Shown here in pieces: positions 27,734-39,294 of a stretch of DNA of 64,000 nt. This DNA comes from an uncultured Verrucomicrobiae bacterium. Lineage in GTDB: Bacteria; Chlamydiota; Chlamydiia; Chlamydiales; Rhabdochlamydiaceae. The translations under genes and the position numbers were made by a program. Under the pieces are notes generated by a model, which had not been told where the DNA came from, searched no databases, and saw only the letters and a list, made by a program, of their open reading frames with translations. Positions within the stretch are counted from its first letter, which is position 1. Each line of letters begins with the position of its first letter. The DNA lies in NCBI GenBank assembly GCA_963718565.1, contig OY970364.1:1472001-1536000 (forward strand), given 5' to 3'.

Positions 27734-30700
27734 TTAAGGAGCCAAGCCCTGTTCAAGATCTTTATTGATCAGCCATAAGAGCTGAAGGAGTTCTTCGCGA
27801 TCAAGGCCCTTGACCTGATCTTGCTCATCAAAGCCGATCACGCCCTCCATCAGGGTCAGTTTTTTTTCGATGAGGCGATGGATATGCTCTTCGATTGTTC
27901 CTTTGGTCACCAATTTAAAGACTTGGACGCCGCGGTTTTGGCCAATGCGGTGCACGCGGTCGGTCGCTTGATTTTCGCGAGCGGGATTCCACCATCGGTC
28001 ATAATGGATGACAACGGAGGCGGAAACAAGATCGACACCGACGCCCACGGCTTGAAGAGAAGCGAGAAAAATCTCGCATTTAGGATCATTGCGAAACAAA
28101 TCGAGCTGCTCTTTACGATTGCGGGTCGAGCCGCGAATGCCTGCATAGCCGATCTGATGATCTTTTAAATAGACCTCCATCATATCGAGCATATCGAGAT
28201 ATTGCGAAAAGACAACGAGCTTTTGACCGCTATCGCGCGTTTCTTGCAGGAGTTCGATGAATAAATCCCATTTCCCCGATTTATGCCTTTGAAATTCGCT
28301 GTACTGTTTGGTGATGAGGCAGGGATGATCGCAGATCTGCTTTAAGGTGGAAAGAAGGGCAAACACATGAAGATAGGGGGCCGGTTTAGCTTGGTTCTCC
28401 AAATCTTTAATGAGCCCTTCTTTTTGCTGAACGAATGCTTTCTTATACAGTTCTCGCTGTTCATCGGAAAGATCGCAGTAGGCGATTTCCTCGATTTTTT
28501 CCGGAAGCTCGAGAAGAACCTCCGATTTTTTTCTACGCAAAATGAAAGGCTTGATCAATTTTGCAAGGAGTCGTTTTTTTTCGACATCCTGATTTTTTTC
28601 AATCGGATTTACAAAAATTTCTTTAAAATGAGCATCTTGCGGGAGATATCCTGGAAGAACGATATCGTAGAGCGCTTTTAATTCGAGTAATCGATTTTCA
28701 ATCGGAGTGCCCGTGAGGCCGATCCGCATGAGCGCTTTGATTTTTTTAAGCGCTTTATGTGTCTGTGATTGGGCATTTTTGGCGATTTGCAATTCATCGA
28801 AAATCGCAATTTCAAATTCGATCTGCGAAAGGGCTTGCTTTTCGCTGCGCAAGGTGCCATAGGATGTCACCAAAATGTCCGCCTTGTCTTGAAAGGCCTC
28901 GAGTTTGCGGCTAATCCCATAAAAAACTAAAACACGGGCATTAGGGAGAAAGTTTTTAAGCAGCTCATCCCAATGATAAATGACAGAAGTGGGGCAAGCG
29001 ACAAGAATTTTCTTCCCTTTTTCACCGCTATTTTGAGCGGCCGCAATTAGCCCCATGGCTTGGTGCGTCTTCCCTAAACCCATTTCATCGCAAAGCAGCC
29101 CAGAAAGCCCATGCAAATACATGAACCACAGCCAGCGTACGCCGACTTCTTGATAAGAGCGCAAATCGCTTTTAAATCCGGAAAGATCGATGGGCTGATC
29201 CGTTTTGAAAGAGGTCAGTTTTTGAATTAATTGCCGCGTTTCCTGCTCTTCTGCGGAAGGGCCGAGCGGAGGTCGCAGGTCTTCAAACACTGTCAGCTTT
29301 AGCCATTCCATCGTTGTCATGCGCAGCTGCTTGCCCTCTTTGAGCCATCGTCTTTTGGGAACATTTTTAAGCCAACTAAACCGTGGAGTTTTTAGAAGCA
29401 AAAGCCCTGCGGAGGTAAACAAATAGCGTTTATTCTCTTGGACTGCCTGCCAGATGTCAAAGAGGTCGACTGTGCCTATTTCCGTTTCTAGAACTCCTTC
29501 CAAGAGCCATTCTGCTGCTTTTGTCCTGACGCTTTTTTGCAGCTCGCGAACCCTTAAGAAAAGATCTTTGGTTTTTTTTAGCTGCTTTTGAATGGAAAAA
29601 ATACAATCGCGAAGCGTATCGAGCTCGTATAAGACAAAATAAGTTTCATCAGAAATAGGAATGACCTTTTCACGGACGTAGGCCTCGGGAACTCTTTTCT
29701 CATAAGGAATTTCGCAAAAACCCTCGCCCTCAACGTACGTATATTCGCCGAAGATCTGTACTTGGGAAGAATCATAGGGAGGATAGAATTGAAAATGGGG
29801 ACGCACGACAATACGTCCAGCTTCATTTAAAAAAATCTCGAGGCCGCTTTTTTCCAAAGGACATTTGCTTGAAAAAAATCCTTTGAGGCCTTCGAGCTCT
29901 TCTCGATGAGCTCTCAAGAAAGACGAAATTTCTGACTTATGAACTAGAGTCCCAGGACGAATTAAAGATCCTCTTCCTATCCTTTTCGCAAAAAAACCTT
30001 TGCCTTTGAGATAAATCCATTCTCCAAAATCGATCATCTCTTCGCCTGTGTCCATGAGTTCAATCGAAGCTTCAAAGCGCAAATACCCCTCTTTTGACAC
30101 TGTAAAATTGAGCTGAGATTCAATCGCATAGACATGGGTCTGAAATCCCTCGAACCCTCCTAGCCAGACGCGATGCCGATTGATGAAATCATTCATTTGT
30201 TTTCGCACAATGACTTTTTCTACTCCCTCGAACAGTAAGTTTTCTAAGAGATAAAACCCTTTCCCCTGTACAAATACCCATGGGCCGAAATAAGCCGAAC
30301 TTTCCTGTTGCAGATCTCCTTTTTCAAAAACATAACAGGCGATGTGCAGATTGTCTTCTTGATCGAATTGAATATGGTATTGAGCTTTGATGGGAGTTAA
30401 ATGGATGTGGAAATCGACGAGATACTTTTGCACAATGAGAGGGTACTTGTGTAAAACGGACTCGATTTTGTCTTGAGGGATTTCATCTTGTTTGAAAATC
30501 GGATCGACGCGCTTTGGAAAGAATCCTTTTTTGGGGATGTACAACCATTCTCCCACTTCAATTGCATTGGACTCTTCCGGAGCAAGAGGAAGGGGATGAT
30601 GGAGCGGAGCTTTCACGATTTTAAAAAGCTTGTTGCGAGGGTCATAGTGAATGGCTTCAATTTTGTATTCTTGAAATTCATAAACAGGCAAAGGGGAATC

Positions 30701-31501
30701 CACCGTGCTCAATGCAGGAATGAGGAGTGACCAATTGACCTCGGCAATATAGAAGCTAAGTGTGAGAGAGGAAAAACGAATATGAATCCAATGAGGCAGA
30801 TTCTTTTCCGTATCTTCAAATTCAATGACATACTTCTCTTTTTCCTCTTGCATAGATACCATCCATTTCGCAAGGTCTGACCAAAAAGAGAGTTCGTATT
30901 GTAATTGATGACTGGGCTTACCTTCTCGCCACAAGACAATTTCTTCTTGGGGCAAATTGGAAAATTTCAGCGATGTTTCTTCTGTTTCCACGGTTCGATG
31001 AAACAAAATCTCTTGAAGCCGTTTTTTCCCTTTAGGATTTGTCCCTTTCACTGAAAAAAGGAGCTTCCCTGTGACAGATTTTGCTCCATAGACTTGATTT
31101 TTTCCTTTAAGAACAGAAGAATCATAACCATGACGCCTGCTGGCCATTTGGCAAAGGTAGTTCCAAAACGAGCTACGAAAACGGATATGCAGAGGCGCTG
31201 ACGTCCCATTAAAAATTTTGAGGTAGGCAGCGGCGAGATGGACGCAAGATTTGGTCTTTTCCGCTTCTGGACAACTGCAAAAGCAATCGAGGATATGTCC
31301 TTCATCATCGAGCTGGAAAAAAGGCCAGTATTTGCCTTTTTTTTTCAAGTCAGAGACTTCCACTTGATAGGTCCCTTCAGAAAATAGCAGTTGCCCGACC
31401 TTGCCCGCTTTAAGCAAAGACATCCCTTCAGACAACTCTTTTTTCGACAACGAATGGCCTTTCATTATTCTTTTGAAATAAAAAATTAAAAGAGAAGACA
31501 A
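27734..31501 (-). CDS. SWIM zinc finger / SNF2-family helicase
   Basis: CFCSC..CVH SWIM; LRSYQ, LCDEMGLGKT, FDELQ, LTGTPIEN, WWNPARENQATDRVHRIGQ. Confidence 0.95.
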   Translation of the reverse strand: MSSLLIFYFKRIMKGHSLSKKELSEGMSLLKAGKVGQLLFSEGTYQVEVSDLKKKGKYWPFFQLDDEGHILDCFCSCPEAEKTKSCVHLAAAYLKIFNGTSAPLHIRFRSSFWNYLCQMASRRHGYDSSVLKGKNQVYGAKSVTGKLLFSVKGTNPKGKKRLQEILFHRTVETEETSLKFSNLPQEEIVLWREGKPSHQLQYELSFWSDLAKWMVSMQEEKEKYVIEFEDTEKNLPHWIHIRFSSLTLSFYIAEVNWSLLIPALSTVDSPLPVYEFQEYKIEAIHYDPRNKLFKIVKAPLHHPLPLAPEESNAIEVGEWLYIPKKGFFPKRVDPIFKQDEIPQDKIESVLHKYPLIVQKYLVDFHIHLTPIKAQYHIQFDQEDNLHIACYVFEKGDLQQESSAYFGPWVFVQGKGFYLLENLLFEGVEKVIVRKQMNDFINRHRVWLGGFEGFQTHVYAIESQLNFTVSKEGYLRFEASIELMDTGEEMIDFGEWIYLKGKGFFAKRIGRGSLIRPGTLVHKSEISSFLRAHREELEGLKGFFSSKCPLEKSGLEIFLNEAGRIVVRPHFQFYPPYDSSQVQIFGEYTYVEGEGFCEIPYEKRVPEAYVREKVIPISDETYFVLYELDTLRDCIFSIQKQLKKTKDLFLRVRELQKSVRTKAAEWLLEGVLETEIGTVDLFDIWQAVQENKRYLFTSAGLLLLKTPRFSWLKNVPKRRWLKEGKQLRMTTMEWLKLTVFEDLRPPLGPSAEEQETRQLIQKLTSFKTDQPIDLSGFKSDLRSYQEVGVRWLWFMYLHGLSGLLCDEMGLGKTHQAMGLIAAAQNSGEKGKKILVACPTSVIYHWDELLKNFLPNARVLVFYGISRKLEAFQDKADILVTSYGTLRSEKQALSQIEFEIAIFDELQIAKNAQSQTHKALKKIKALMRIGLTGTPIENRLLELKALYDIVLPGYLPQDAHFKEIFVNPIEKNQDVEKKRLLAKLIKPFILRRKKSEVLLELPEKIEEIAYCDLSDEQRELYKKAFVQQKEGLIKDLENQAKPAPYLHVFALLSTLKQICDHPCLITKQYSEFQRHKSGKWDLFIELLQETRDSGQKLVVFSQYLDMLDMMEVYLKDHQIGYAGIRGSTRNRKEQLDLFRNDPKCEIFLASLQAVGVGVDLVSASVVIHYDRWWNPARENQATDRVHRIGQNRGVQVFKLVTKGTIEEHIHRLIEKKLTLMEGVIGFDEQDQVKGLDREELLQLLWLINKDLEQGLAP

Positions 31502-31523
31502 TGGGTTAGGCTACCCCTTAGAC

Positions 31524-32387
31524 TTAAGGATGCCTAGGGAGAATTAACTTTTCAATTGATATACTTGGCGCAGTGACGACTCCTTCGAAAACTTCCTGGG
31601 CAGGCCCGAGCATTTCGATCTCCCACTCTTCCTGATCATTTTTACAAAATCGAAACTGAAGATGCTGATGGTACTCAATGGGCTCTTTTTCAAAGGAAAG
31701 CCGGGTACGCACGGAAATCGGAGCTTTGAGGCCGCGATGCTTCATCGCGACGTAAGCTGCTGCAGCAGCCCCTGTGCCGCAAGCGAGGGTTTCACCTTCG
31801 ACTCCACGCTCGTAGGTGCGTAAAGTGATCTGGTTCTCGGAATCGACCGAGACAAAATTCACATTGACGCCTACAGGAGCAAACTGAGGGTGGGAACGGA
31901 TTTTAGCCCCTTCTTCTGCGACATTTTTGCTGTCCAACTTGTCATCGAACAAGATGGCGTGGGGAACACCTGTATTGACGACAAAGACAACTCCTTGGGG
32001 CAGTTCAATCGGCCAGTGCAAAATTCTGGGAACGCCTAAATTGACTGCGATCACTTCTGCACTACGCCGACATTTTAAAATGCCATGCAAAGTTTCAATT
32101 CTTAACTCCAAAGAGCGTTTTTCACGCTTTTGAATAAAGTCGAACAAGCAGCGGATCCCATTGCCGCACATCGATGGCTCGCTGCCATCGGCGTTAAAAA
32201 TACGCATCTTATAATCCGCTACTAGAGAAGAACAAAGAAGGACCAGTCCATCTGCGCCGATCCCTAGCCGCCTATCGCAAAGGAAGTAGGCGAGGGAAGA
32301 AATATCGAATTGAGGAGGAAAACGACGAAAATCCACCAGGATAAAATCGTTTCCGGCCCCATGATATTTCTTAAAAGGAATTTTCAC
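31524..32387 (-). CDS. dapF: Diaminopimelate epimerase
   Basis: [31 protein letters not shown]. Confidence 0.97.
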   Translation of the reverse strand: MKIPFKKYHGAGNDFILVDFRRFPPQFDISSLAYFLCDRRLGIGADGLVLLCSSLVADYKMRIFNADGSEPSMCGNGIRCLFDFIQKREKRSLELRIETLHGILKCRRSAEVIAVNLGVPRILHWPIELPQGVVFVVNTGVPHAILFDDKLDSKNVAEEGAKIRSHPQFAPVGVNVNFVSVDSENQITLRTYERGVEGETLACGTGAAAAAYVAMKHRGLKAPISVRTRLSFEKEPIEYHQHLQFRFCKNDQEEWEIEMLGPAQEVFEGVVTAPSISIEKLILPRHP

Positions 32388-33031
32388 AAATCTTTGTAGG
32401 ATTTAACAATTTTATCGAGCAAGCCAAATTCTAAGGCCTCTTCTGCACTCATCCAAGTATCTCGGTCGATGGCCCGATCAATTGTTTTAGCATCTTTCCC
32501 GGTAGCTTGGACATAGATATCGACGAGGATCTGACGCGATTTCAAGATTTCCCTAGCATGAATTTCGAGATCTGTAGCCTGACCGCGCACGATCGCATTG
32601 ATTGCAGGCTGATGGATCATAATCCTGGCATGTTTTGTTGCAAACCTGCGCTTGGGTGCCGCAACAAGGCTTAAGACAGACCCCATCGAAGCTGCAATTC
32701 CTGTGACAAGAGTCGTTACTGGCGAGGAGATCATTTTGATTTGATCCCAAATCGCAAATCCAGAATCGACGGATCCTCCAGGAGAATTGATGATGAATAA
32801 AATCGGCTTGCCAGGATCGGAAATCTCTAGATACCATAATTTACGGATGATCTCTTTGGCGCTATCATTGTCAACGGCATCCGACAAAAAGACCCGGCGC
32901 GTTTTAAGCAAGGATTCATCAATTTTATCTTCGAGCAGACTCATCCCAGCTTTTCTGTGCTGCACAGGAGGCTCTTCCTCTTCATTTAAGAAACCCATAT
33001 AAAAACCTCTTCTTTTTTGAATTAAACTCAA
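32384..33031 (-). CDS. clpP: ATP-dependent Clp protease proteolytic subunit (start probably about 32998)
   Basis: [31 protein letters not shown]. Confidence 0.96.
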   Translation of the reverse strand: MSLIQKRRGFYMGFLNEEEEPPVQHRKAGMSLLEDKIDESLLKTRRVFLSDAVDNDSAKEIIRKLWYLEISDPGKPILFIINSPGGSVDSGFAIWDQIKMISSPVTTLVTGIAASMGSVLSLVAAPKRRFATKHARIMIHQPAINAIVRGQATDLEIHAREILKSRQILVDIYVQATGKDAKTIDRAIDRDTWMSAEEALEFGLLDKIVKSYKDL

Positions 33032-34536
33032 TCAATAACAAGCTCAGGATAGAGTGGGTAAGAATTCAATAAAATGGCGACTCTTTTCTGAACGCTTGCT
33101 AGTACTTTGCGATCGATGTCTACTTTTGCTCTACTCAAACCGCCTTTTTCATCGAGAGCTGGCTTAGTCACTTTAAGCAATTCGACGATCACGTCGGCAA
33201 TCTCTGCCATTTCAACCTGTTTCATCCCAAGGGTTGTGGTGGCTGGGGCGCCGATCCTCACGCCGGAAGTGTACCATGGGCCATTGACATCGTAAGGGAT
33301 GCTATTGCGATTAACAGTTAAGCGCGCCTCTCGAAGGGCAAGTTCTGCTTGACGGCCAGTCATGCCAAACGTAGAGGCAACATCGAAGACGAGCAAATGG
33401 TTGTCAGTACCGCCGGTCGTCACCTTGACACCTTTAGCTTGCAGCTGTTCGGCTAAGGTACGTGCATTAGCTACGACTTGATGAGCATATTGTTGGAATG
33501 CAGGAGTATTTGCTTCTTTACAAGCGATCGCTTTTGCCGCGATCACTTGCGGAAGAGGCCCGCCTAGAACAATCGGACATCCTTTGTCGACGACTTCTTT
33601 GAGTTCATTTTTGCACATAACCAGCCCCCCACGAGGGCCGCGCAATGTTTTATGCGTCGTTGTCGTCACGATATGTGCAAAAGGGATAGGATCGTACTCT
33701 CCTTTCATCGCTTTACCTGCGACAAGTCCAGCAAAATGGGCCATATCGACCATGAACAATGCGCCTACGCTGTCTGCAATCTCGCGCATCTTAGCAAAAT
33801 TAATCAGCCGTGGGTAAGCCGAATAGCCTGCGATCAAGATCGTCGGTTTTTCTCTTTTCACATGTTCTTGAAGTTCTGCATAGTCGAGCAAACCTGTCGT
33901 ACGATTGACCTCGTAAGGTACAGACTGCATGATCTTCGCTGAAACATTATGGCGATAGCCATGGGTGAGATGGCCGCCAGAGTTGAGGGACATTCCCATC
34001 ACTTTCTGATTGACGAGCAGTTGTCTGAGTTTTTCATATTCTTCAGGAGACAATTCATCAATGTTTTTCTTCCCGAGCCGTTCGACTTCTTTGTTTTGTA
34101 CGCGGTAAACCAGCATCGCCCAAAAAGCAACGAGATTGGCATCGGCTCCGGAATGAGGTTGCACGTAGGCATGATCACAGTTAAACAGCTTTTTTGTTTC
34201 TTCGACGCATGCTGCCTCGATCGCGTCGACATTGTCACAACCCGCATAAAATCGATGGAATGGCACACCTTCCGCATATTTGTCTGTCAGCAGATTTCCC
34301 ATAGCTAGTTGCACAGCTAAGGAAGAAAAATTTTCCGAGGCAATCAATTTCAAATGGCTGCGCTGATCTTTCAATTCTTGAACGATCTTTTGCTCAATGA
34401 GTGGATATTCGGAATGAATATGGTCTAGCGCTGCCATATAGGCAATTGCTGCTTTCGTTCTTTTTCTTTCTGGAACTTTATGGAAATATTTTTCTAAGTG
34501 TGCCATAACTCTCAGATTTTTGTTGCATACTAACAA
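33028..34536 (-). CDS. glyA: Serine hydroxymethyltransferase (start probably about 34506)
   Basis: [27 protein letters not shown]. Confidence 0.97.
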   Translation of the reverse strand: MLVCNKNLRVMAHLEKYFHKVPERKRTKAAIAYMAALDHIHSEYPLIEQKIVQELKDQRSHLKLIASENFSSLAVQLAMGNLLTDKYAEGVPFHRFYAGCDNVDAIEAACVEETKKLFNCDHAYVQPHSGADANLVAFWAMLVYRVQNKEVERLGKKNIDELSPEEYEKLRQLLVNQKVMGMSLNSGGHLTHGYRHNVSAKIMQSVPYEVNRTTGLLDYAELQEHVKREKPTILIAGYSAYPRLINFAKMREIADSVGALFMVDMAHFAGLVAGKAMKGEYDPIPFAHIVTTTTHKTLRGPRGGLVMCKNELKEVVDKGCPIVLGGPLPQVIAAKAIACKEANTPAFQQYAHQVVANARTLAEQLQAKGVKVTTGGTDNHLLVFDVASTFGMTGRQAELALREARLTVNRNSIPYDVNGPWYTSGVRIGAPATTTLGMKQVEMAEIADVIVELLKVTKPALDEKGGLSRAKVDIDRKVLASVQKRVAILLNSYPLYPELVID

Positions 34537-34568
34537 CCAACAAAAATAGCAGCGCGTAGGATTTTTAA

Positions 34569-34892
34569 CTAGAACTTCGGTGTGTACTGCAATGAGACGC
34601 CATCGCGGATATGATGGTTCTCCCCACTTTCATAGCGCTGGTCGTTAATTAATACTTTGAATTCGCATTCTTTAAAAGGAACGTTCGTCTCCCAAACCCA
34701 CTCATCAGGACCAACGTTTTTAAGCAAGGCGCCGTGGTCCCAACTCAGTCCCGCGCTACTGCCGCGTATAAAAAGATTGTTGTCATAACCCACATTATAA
34801 CGGACGATGATCTGTGTTTTTTCTCTTTTAGATTTAGAAATTTCCTTTTCTTTTTCTACTATTTTTTTCCTTTTCGAAAGAATACCATTCAT
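34569..34892 (-). CDS. Small protein with basic N-terminus and a single CBM20-like (starch-binding) domain
   Basis: VGYDNNLFIRG..LSW..EFKVLIND..YESGENH resembles the CBM20 pattern. Confidence 0.55.
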   Translation of the reverse strand: MNGILSKRKKIVEKEKEISKSKREKTQIIVRYNVGYDNNLFIRGSSAGLSWDHGALLKNVGPDEWVWETNVPFKECEFKVLINDQRYESGENHHIRDGVSLQYTPKF

Positions 34893-34916
34893 TCCCCCAT
34901 TTTTAATTGCTTTTCC

Positions 34917-35109
34917 TACGAGGGAATTGCAAAACTCCTCGCCGCATAAAATCGCGCTTTTGGCACCTGTGTCGCCTTGGCGGCGGCTCTCCTACTTATC
35001 CAAGTATGCTTCTTTCGCCGCCGCCAACCGAACCCGCTGTGCGGGTTCTGGCAACAGGTGCCAAAATCATCGATTTTCTGCTGGCAAGGAGTTTTGCAAT
35101 TCCCTCTTA
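34917..35109. mobile_element. Palindromic element family C (RPE-like MITE), long variant
   Basis: TIR GAGGGAATTGCAAAACTCCT; inverted homologue of 52109-52245 with an extra internal hairpin. Confidence 0.88.
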
Positions 35110-35252
35110 CTTCTAGCATTTTTTACACCCATGTCAATAATTTTTTTACATCCAGGCTATCCAGATAATTTTACTTGAGGGATATTGATCATTGAGGCTA
35201 AGCTAACGTCTCAAGAATTTGTATATCTTCATACCTTTTTAGTGGGAAAACA

Positions 35253-36020
35253 ATGTTAGAAGACCTCAAAGAGATTTTAGACATTCAAGAACTCGACATG
35301 AAAATGCTCCGTCTCATGCGGGTAAAAAAAGAGAGAGTAAAAGAGCTGCAGCAAATTGAGGAGCTGCGCAAGGAACTTCATCAGCAAACTGCAATCAAAG
35401 AAACTGAAATTGAAGAGCTTGGAAAAAATATCCAAACGCTGGAGCATAAAATCCAAGAGGTCGCTGCTAAAATTAAAAAATTGGAAGCGCAGCAAACAAA
35501 CATCAAAAAAGCTGACGAATTTAATGCGCTGACGCAGGAGATGACTCAAGCCGAAAAAGAACGCATCGCCTTAGAACAGAAAGTCTCCGATCTCGTCGAC
35601 AAACGTGTCGCTGAAGAAGAAATGCTCACCAAAATCAAAGAAAGTCTCAAAGGTTCTGAAGAAAATAGCTTAAACCTCGAAAAAGAGATTCAGGCAAGTA
35701 TTGGAGTCATCAATGAAGAAGGCATAGGCCTCAAAGAGCAGCGCGACACCTTAGCTACTCAGGCAAATCCAGAAATTCTTCAAATTTATGAAAGATTGTT
35801 GCGCAATAAAAAAGACCGCGTCGTTGTCCCCATCGAAAATCGCACATGCAGCGGTTGCCATATTGTATTGACAGCACAGCATGAAAATCTTGTCCGAAAA
35901 GGGGGAAATTTGGTCTTCTGCGAACACTGTTCGCGCATTCACTACTGGCAAGAGAGCAAAGTTTTGGAAGGCTCAGCAGTTGCTACGAAGCGCCGACGTC
36001 GACGTCTTGCCAACGCATAA
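35253..36020 (+). CDS. CT398/CdsZ-like coiled-coil C4 zinc-ribbon protein
   Basis: Long coiled coil; CSGCH..CEHCSR; directly upstream of rnpB. Confidence 0.85.
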   Translation: MLEDLKEILDIQELDMKMLRLMRVKKERVKELQQIEELRKELHQQTAIKETEIEELGKNIQTLEHKIQEVAAKIKKLEAQQTNIKKADEFNALTQEMTQAEKERIALEQKVSDLVDKRVAEEEMLTKIKESLKGSEENSLNLEKEIQASIGVINEEGIGLKEQRDTLATQANPEILQIYERLLRNKKDRVVVPIENRTCSGCHIVLTAQHENLVRKGGNLVFCEHCSRIHYWQESKVLEGSAVATKRRRRRLANA

Positions 36021-36025
36021 GCTTT

Positions 36026-36369
36026 TGGGGAAAGCAGGCAATCGCTGCTACAGGAACACTGTGGGAGAGGAAAGTCTGGACTTCACAGGAGAGGATACCA
36101 GTGAAAGACTGGGGGCCGTAAGGCTACGGAAAGTGTAACAGAAAATACTCCGCCGGCCTCAAAAACCGGACAGGCTGAAAATGCCAACTTTAGGAGTTGG
36201 CCGCGCTCGCAGAGATGCGGGGTGTTATAAACCCTATCCGAAGCAAGATCTCGATGGTTATTCACTGTTCTCCGCAGGACCATCGACAATAACCGCTCGA
36301 GGGTCTTGGCGACAAGGCCCCTAGAGGAATGATTGCTCAACGACAGAATCCGGCTTATCGCTTTCCCTA
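36026..36369 (+). ncRNA. rnpB: RNase P RNA
   Basis: GAGGAAAGTC, GGAAAGTGTAACAGAAAA, ACAGAATCCGGCTTA; ends pair (GGGAAAGC/GCTTTCCC). Confidence 0.95.
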
Positions 36370-36374
36370 TTTTT

Positions 36375-37376
36375 TTAATCCAAGCGGTTGTTATCCGAAA
36401 GCTCCAGCGGATGACACTTTTCATAGACCTCGCGTTTCAAGCGGGAGGAGACTTGGGTATAGATCGTCGTTGTGGCAAGAGAGCGATGGCCGAGGAGAAC
36501 TTGAATCGTCTTTAAATCCATGCCCTTTTCTAGCCAATGGGTGGCAATCGTATGGCGAATCGTATGCGGGGTGATCTTGGCGACAAGCCCACTAGCTTTT
36601 AGGTATTCTTCAAATTTACGATCGATGGAACGCACTGTCAGGCGCTCCCCCCACTTATTGAGAAAAACCGCTTTCTCATCGACTTGTGCCTTGTGGTCAT
36701 CGCTATCGTGCAGCCTTTCCGGATGGCTTAAGTAGTTTTTTAGCCATTGGGCCGCTGTTTTGGTGATGGGAACAATGCGCTCTTTTTTCCCCTTTCCCAT
36801 CACTCGAAGGCGAAAATTGCGTTCATCGAGATCTTGTCTATTCAGCCCTGCAAGCTCGCTGATGCGCAGACCACTGCTGTAGAATAGCTCCATGATGCAG
36901 CGATCTCTAAATCCCAAGTACTTTGAAGTGTCCGGCTGTTCAAAAAGCCTTTCCACCTGATCATAACTCAACGAAGAAGGAATTTTCTTTTCCAATTTGG
37001 GACTATCGATCTCATCGAGAGGACTGTGCTCGATCAGCTTCCCTTTAATGAGGTATGTATAGAAGGAGCGTAAAGAGGAGAGTCGGCGAAGAATTGTCTT
37101 TTTAGTCGCACTTTTTGCAGACAATGCGGCCAGATAGGACCGAATCGAACGTTTATCCACATCCTGAACACAAAATGGGGTGGAAGGAGGAGTGGAAAGC
37201 TCTGCATTCGATTTCCTCGACCGCAATTCAGGCTTAAGCTTTAAAATCTCTTCTTCGAAAAAAGTTTTAAACGCTTCTAAATCAAGAGCATAATTTCTCA
37301 AGGTGTGTTCCGAGGCGTTTTTAATCACGCGAAGATGATTTAAAAATTTATGCGCTCCCTCGCCAAAACTGACCAT
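36375..37376 (-). CDS. xerC: Tyrosine recombinase XerC
   Basis: SGLRISEL, GKGKKERIVP, HTIRHTIATH, LLGH..TTTIYT. Confidence 0.9.
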   Translation of the reverse strand: MVSFGEGAHKFLNHLRVIKNASEHTLRNYALDLEAFKTFFEEEILKLKPELRSRKSNAELSTPPSTPFCVQDVDKRSIRSYLAALSAKSATKKTILRRLSSLRSFYTYLIKGKLIEHSPLDEIDSPKLEKKIPSSLSYDQVERLFEQPDTSKYLGFRDRCIMELFYSSGLRISELAGLNRQDLDERNFRLRVMGKGKKERIVPITKTAAQWLKNYLSHPERLHDSDDHKAQVDEKAVFLNKWGERLTVRSIDRKFEEYLKASGLVAKITPHTIRHTIATHWLEKGMDLKTIQVLLGHRSLATTTIYTQVSSRLKREVYEKCHPLELSDNNRLD

Positions 37377-37446
37377 AAGCTTAGTTCTTGTTCCACTATG
37401 ACTTTTATGTTAGCATTAGAATCTATTTCAATATTTAAATCATCTT

Positions 37447-39033
37447 ATGACAATCAGTTTACGCGAAATCACTAAAAAAGTCGGCCCCCGTCTCCTTTTC
37501 GAAAATATCACCATGACTTTCAACTCAAATTGCCGCTATGGTCTGACGGGGCCAAACGGTGCGGGAAAATCGACCCTGCTAAAAATTATCATGGGGGTAG
37601 AAGAATCGACAAGTGGAACTGTTTCGCTGCCGCGCAAAGTGGGTTTTTTAAAACAAAATACTGAACAGTTCCGCGATAAAAAAGTTCTCGACGTTGTCAT
37701 TATGGGCAACAAACGTCTCTGGGATGCGTTGACAGAGCGCGATAATCTTTATGAAGTTGAGATGACGGATGAGGTTGGCATCCGTCTAGGTGAGCTTGAA
37801 GAGATCATCAATGAAGAAGACGGCTACGATGCTGAGTCCAATGCCGAAATCCTTCTCTCAGGGATGGGCGTCCCTCATAAGATGCAGCATGAAAAAATGC
37901 ATGCGATTCCCACGGATCGACAATTCCGTGCCCTGCTGTGCCAAGCGCTCTTCGGCAATCCCGATGCGTTGTTGCTCGACGAACCGACTAACCATCTCGA
38001 TTTGGAATCGATTGGCTGGCTCGAACATTTCCTTCACGATTACAGGGGTGTCCTCGTCGTCGTCAGCCACGATAGACACTTTCTTAATGCCGTGACGACT
38101 CATATTGCCGATATCGATTATGAAACAGTCATCATTTATCCAGGCAACTACGATGAAATGCTTGTCGCCAAGACCGCTGTTCGCGAAAGAACAGAACTCG
38201 AAAATAAGACAAAAGAAAAGAAAGTTGCCCAGCTGCGCGAGTTTGTCGCCAAATTCGGTGCTGGCACGCGCGCCAGTCAAGTGCAGTCACGTATCCGAGA
38301 AATAGAGCGGCTCGAACCTCAAGAGCTCAAAAAATCCAATATTCAACGCCCTTACATCCGCTTTTATCCTCCAGAAAGGCCCTCCGGCCAAGTCGTCTTT
38401 AAAATGAGCGATGCGACAAAAAGTTATGAGAACAATCCAGTGATCCGCAATTTTTCATTTGAAGCCACACGCGGAGAAAAAATTGGCGTCATCGGTAACA
38501 ATGGGCGCGGAAAATCCACTTTGCTAAAAATCCTCGCTGGTTTCCTGCCTTTGGATGCTGGGCATATGGAAGTTGGCCATCAGGTGCAGATTGGCTATTT
38601 TCCCCAAAACCACTCAGAGGTGATTGATAAAAAGAGCACAACGACTGCCTTTGAATGGCTAAAAAAACGACGAGAGGGCGTATACGATCAAGACATCCGC
38701 AGCATTCTTGGAAAGATGCTTTTCTCCGGAGATGATGCCTTCAAGCCTATTTCTCATCTCTCAGGGGGAGAGACAGCGCGTCTGATTATCGGCGGCTTGA
38801 TGCTGTGCAACCATAATGTCTTGATCATGGATGAGCCGAATAACCATCTCGACCTAGAAGCTGTATCGGCGCTTTCTTGGGCCTTGCAAGATTTTAAAGG
38901 GACCGTAATCGTCGCAAGCCACGACCGCGACCTCATTGGCAATGTGGCGACAAAAATCATTGCGTTTGAAGAAACCCGAATTCGTTCATTTGAGGGAAAA
39001 CTCGACGAGTACTTTGCCGCAGTGACAAGATGA
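37447..39033 (+). CDS. ABC-F family ATPase
   Basis: Two NBDs (GPNGAGKST, GNNGRGKST), LLDEPTNHLD, linker GNYD. Confidence 0.93.
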   Translation: MTISLREITKKVGPRLLFENITMTFNSNCRYGLTGPNGAGKSTLLKIIMGVEESTSGTVSLPRKVGFLKQNTEQFRDKKVLDVVIMGNKRLWDALTERDNLYEVEMTDEVGIRLGELEEIINEEDGYDAESNAEILLSGMGVPHKMQHEKMHAIPTDRQFRALLCQALFGNPDALLLDEPTNHLDLESIGWLEHFLHDYRGVLVVVSHDRHFLNAVTTHIADIDYETVIIYPGNYDEMLVAKTAVRERTELENKTKEKKVAQLREFVAKFGAGTRASQVQSRIREIERLEPQELKKSNIQRPYIRFYPPERPSGQVVFKMSDATKSYENNPVIRNFSFEATRGEKIGVIGNNGRGKSTLLKILAGFLPLDAGHMEVGHQVQIGYFPQNHSEVIDKKSTTTAFEWLKKRREGVYDQDIRSILGKMLFSGDDAFKPISHLSGGETARLIIGGLMLCNHNVLIMDEPNNHLDLEAVSALSWALQDFKGTVIVASHDRDLIGNVATKIIAFEETRIRSFEGKLDEYFAAVTR

Positions 39034-39294
39034 TCGCACACATGACTGAGGGAGAATTCCTTCGCCTTTCCGAGCGCTTTCGTCATAAACAAGCGGCTAA
39101 ACTCCTTAGAGCCTTTCATGATAGCAGCGATAGCCATCAACTTAGAGAGGGGGTTTGCAATTCCCTCTAGAGACTTTCTCTGAATTTGGATTTTCAAAAA
39201 AAAACTTCTTAATTACACATCTATCTTAAAATCTGCATTGTTTAATTTGACAAATTAATTTTTTAATTATATCTTATTAAGAAAGAGGGAGTAT

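Noticed and set aside
27546..27737. GC-rich patch and 63-aa ORF downstream of the SNF2 gene
   Set aside because: No recognisable motif, stable long stem or second copy in the window
34807..35178. Several short ORFs on both strands
   Set aside because: All run through the family C palindrome; same for 52047-52291 and 58833-59018
36083..36574. ORFs overlapping rnpB and antisense to xerC
   Set aside because: Region is explained by RNase P RNA and xerC
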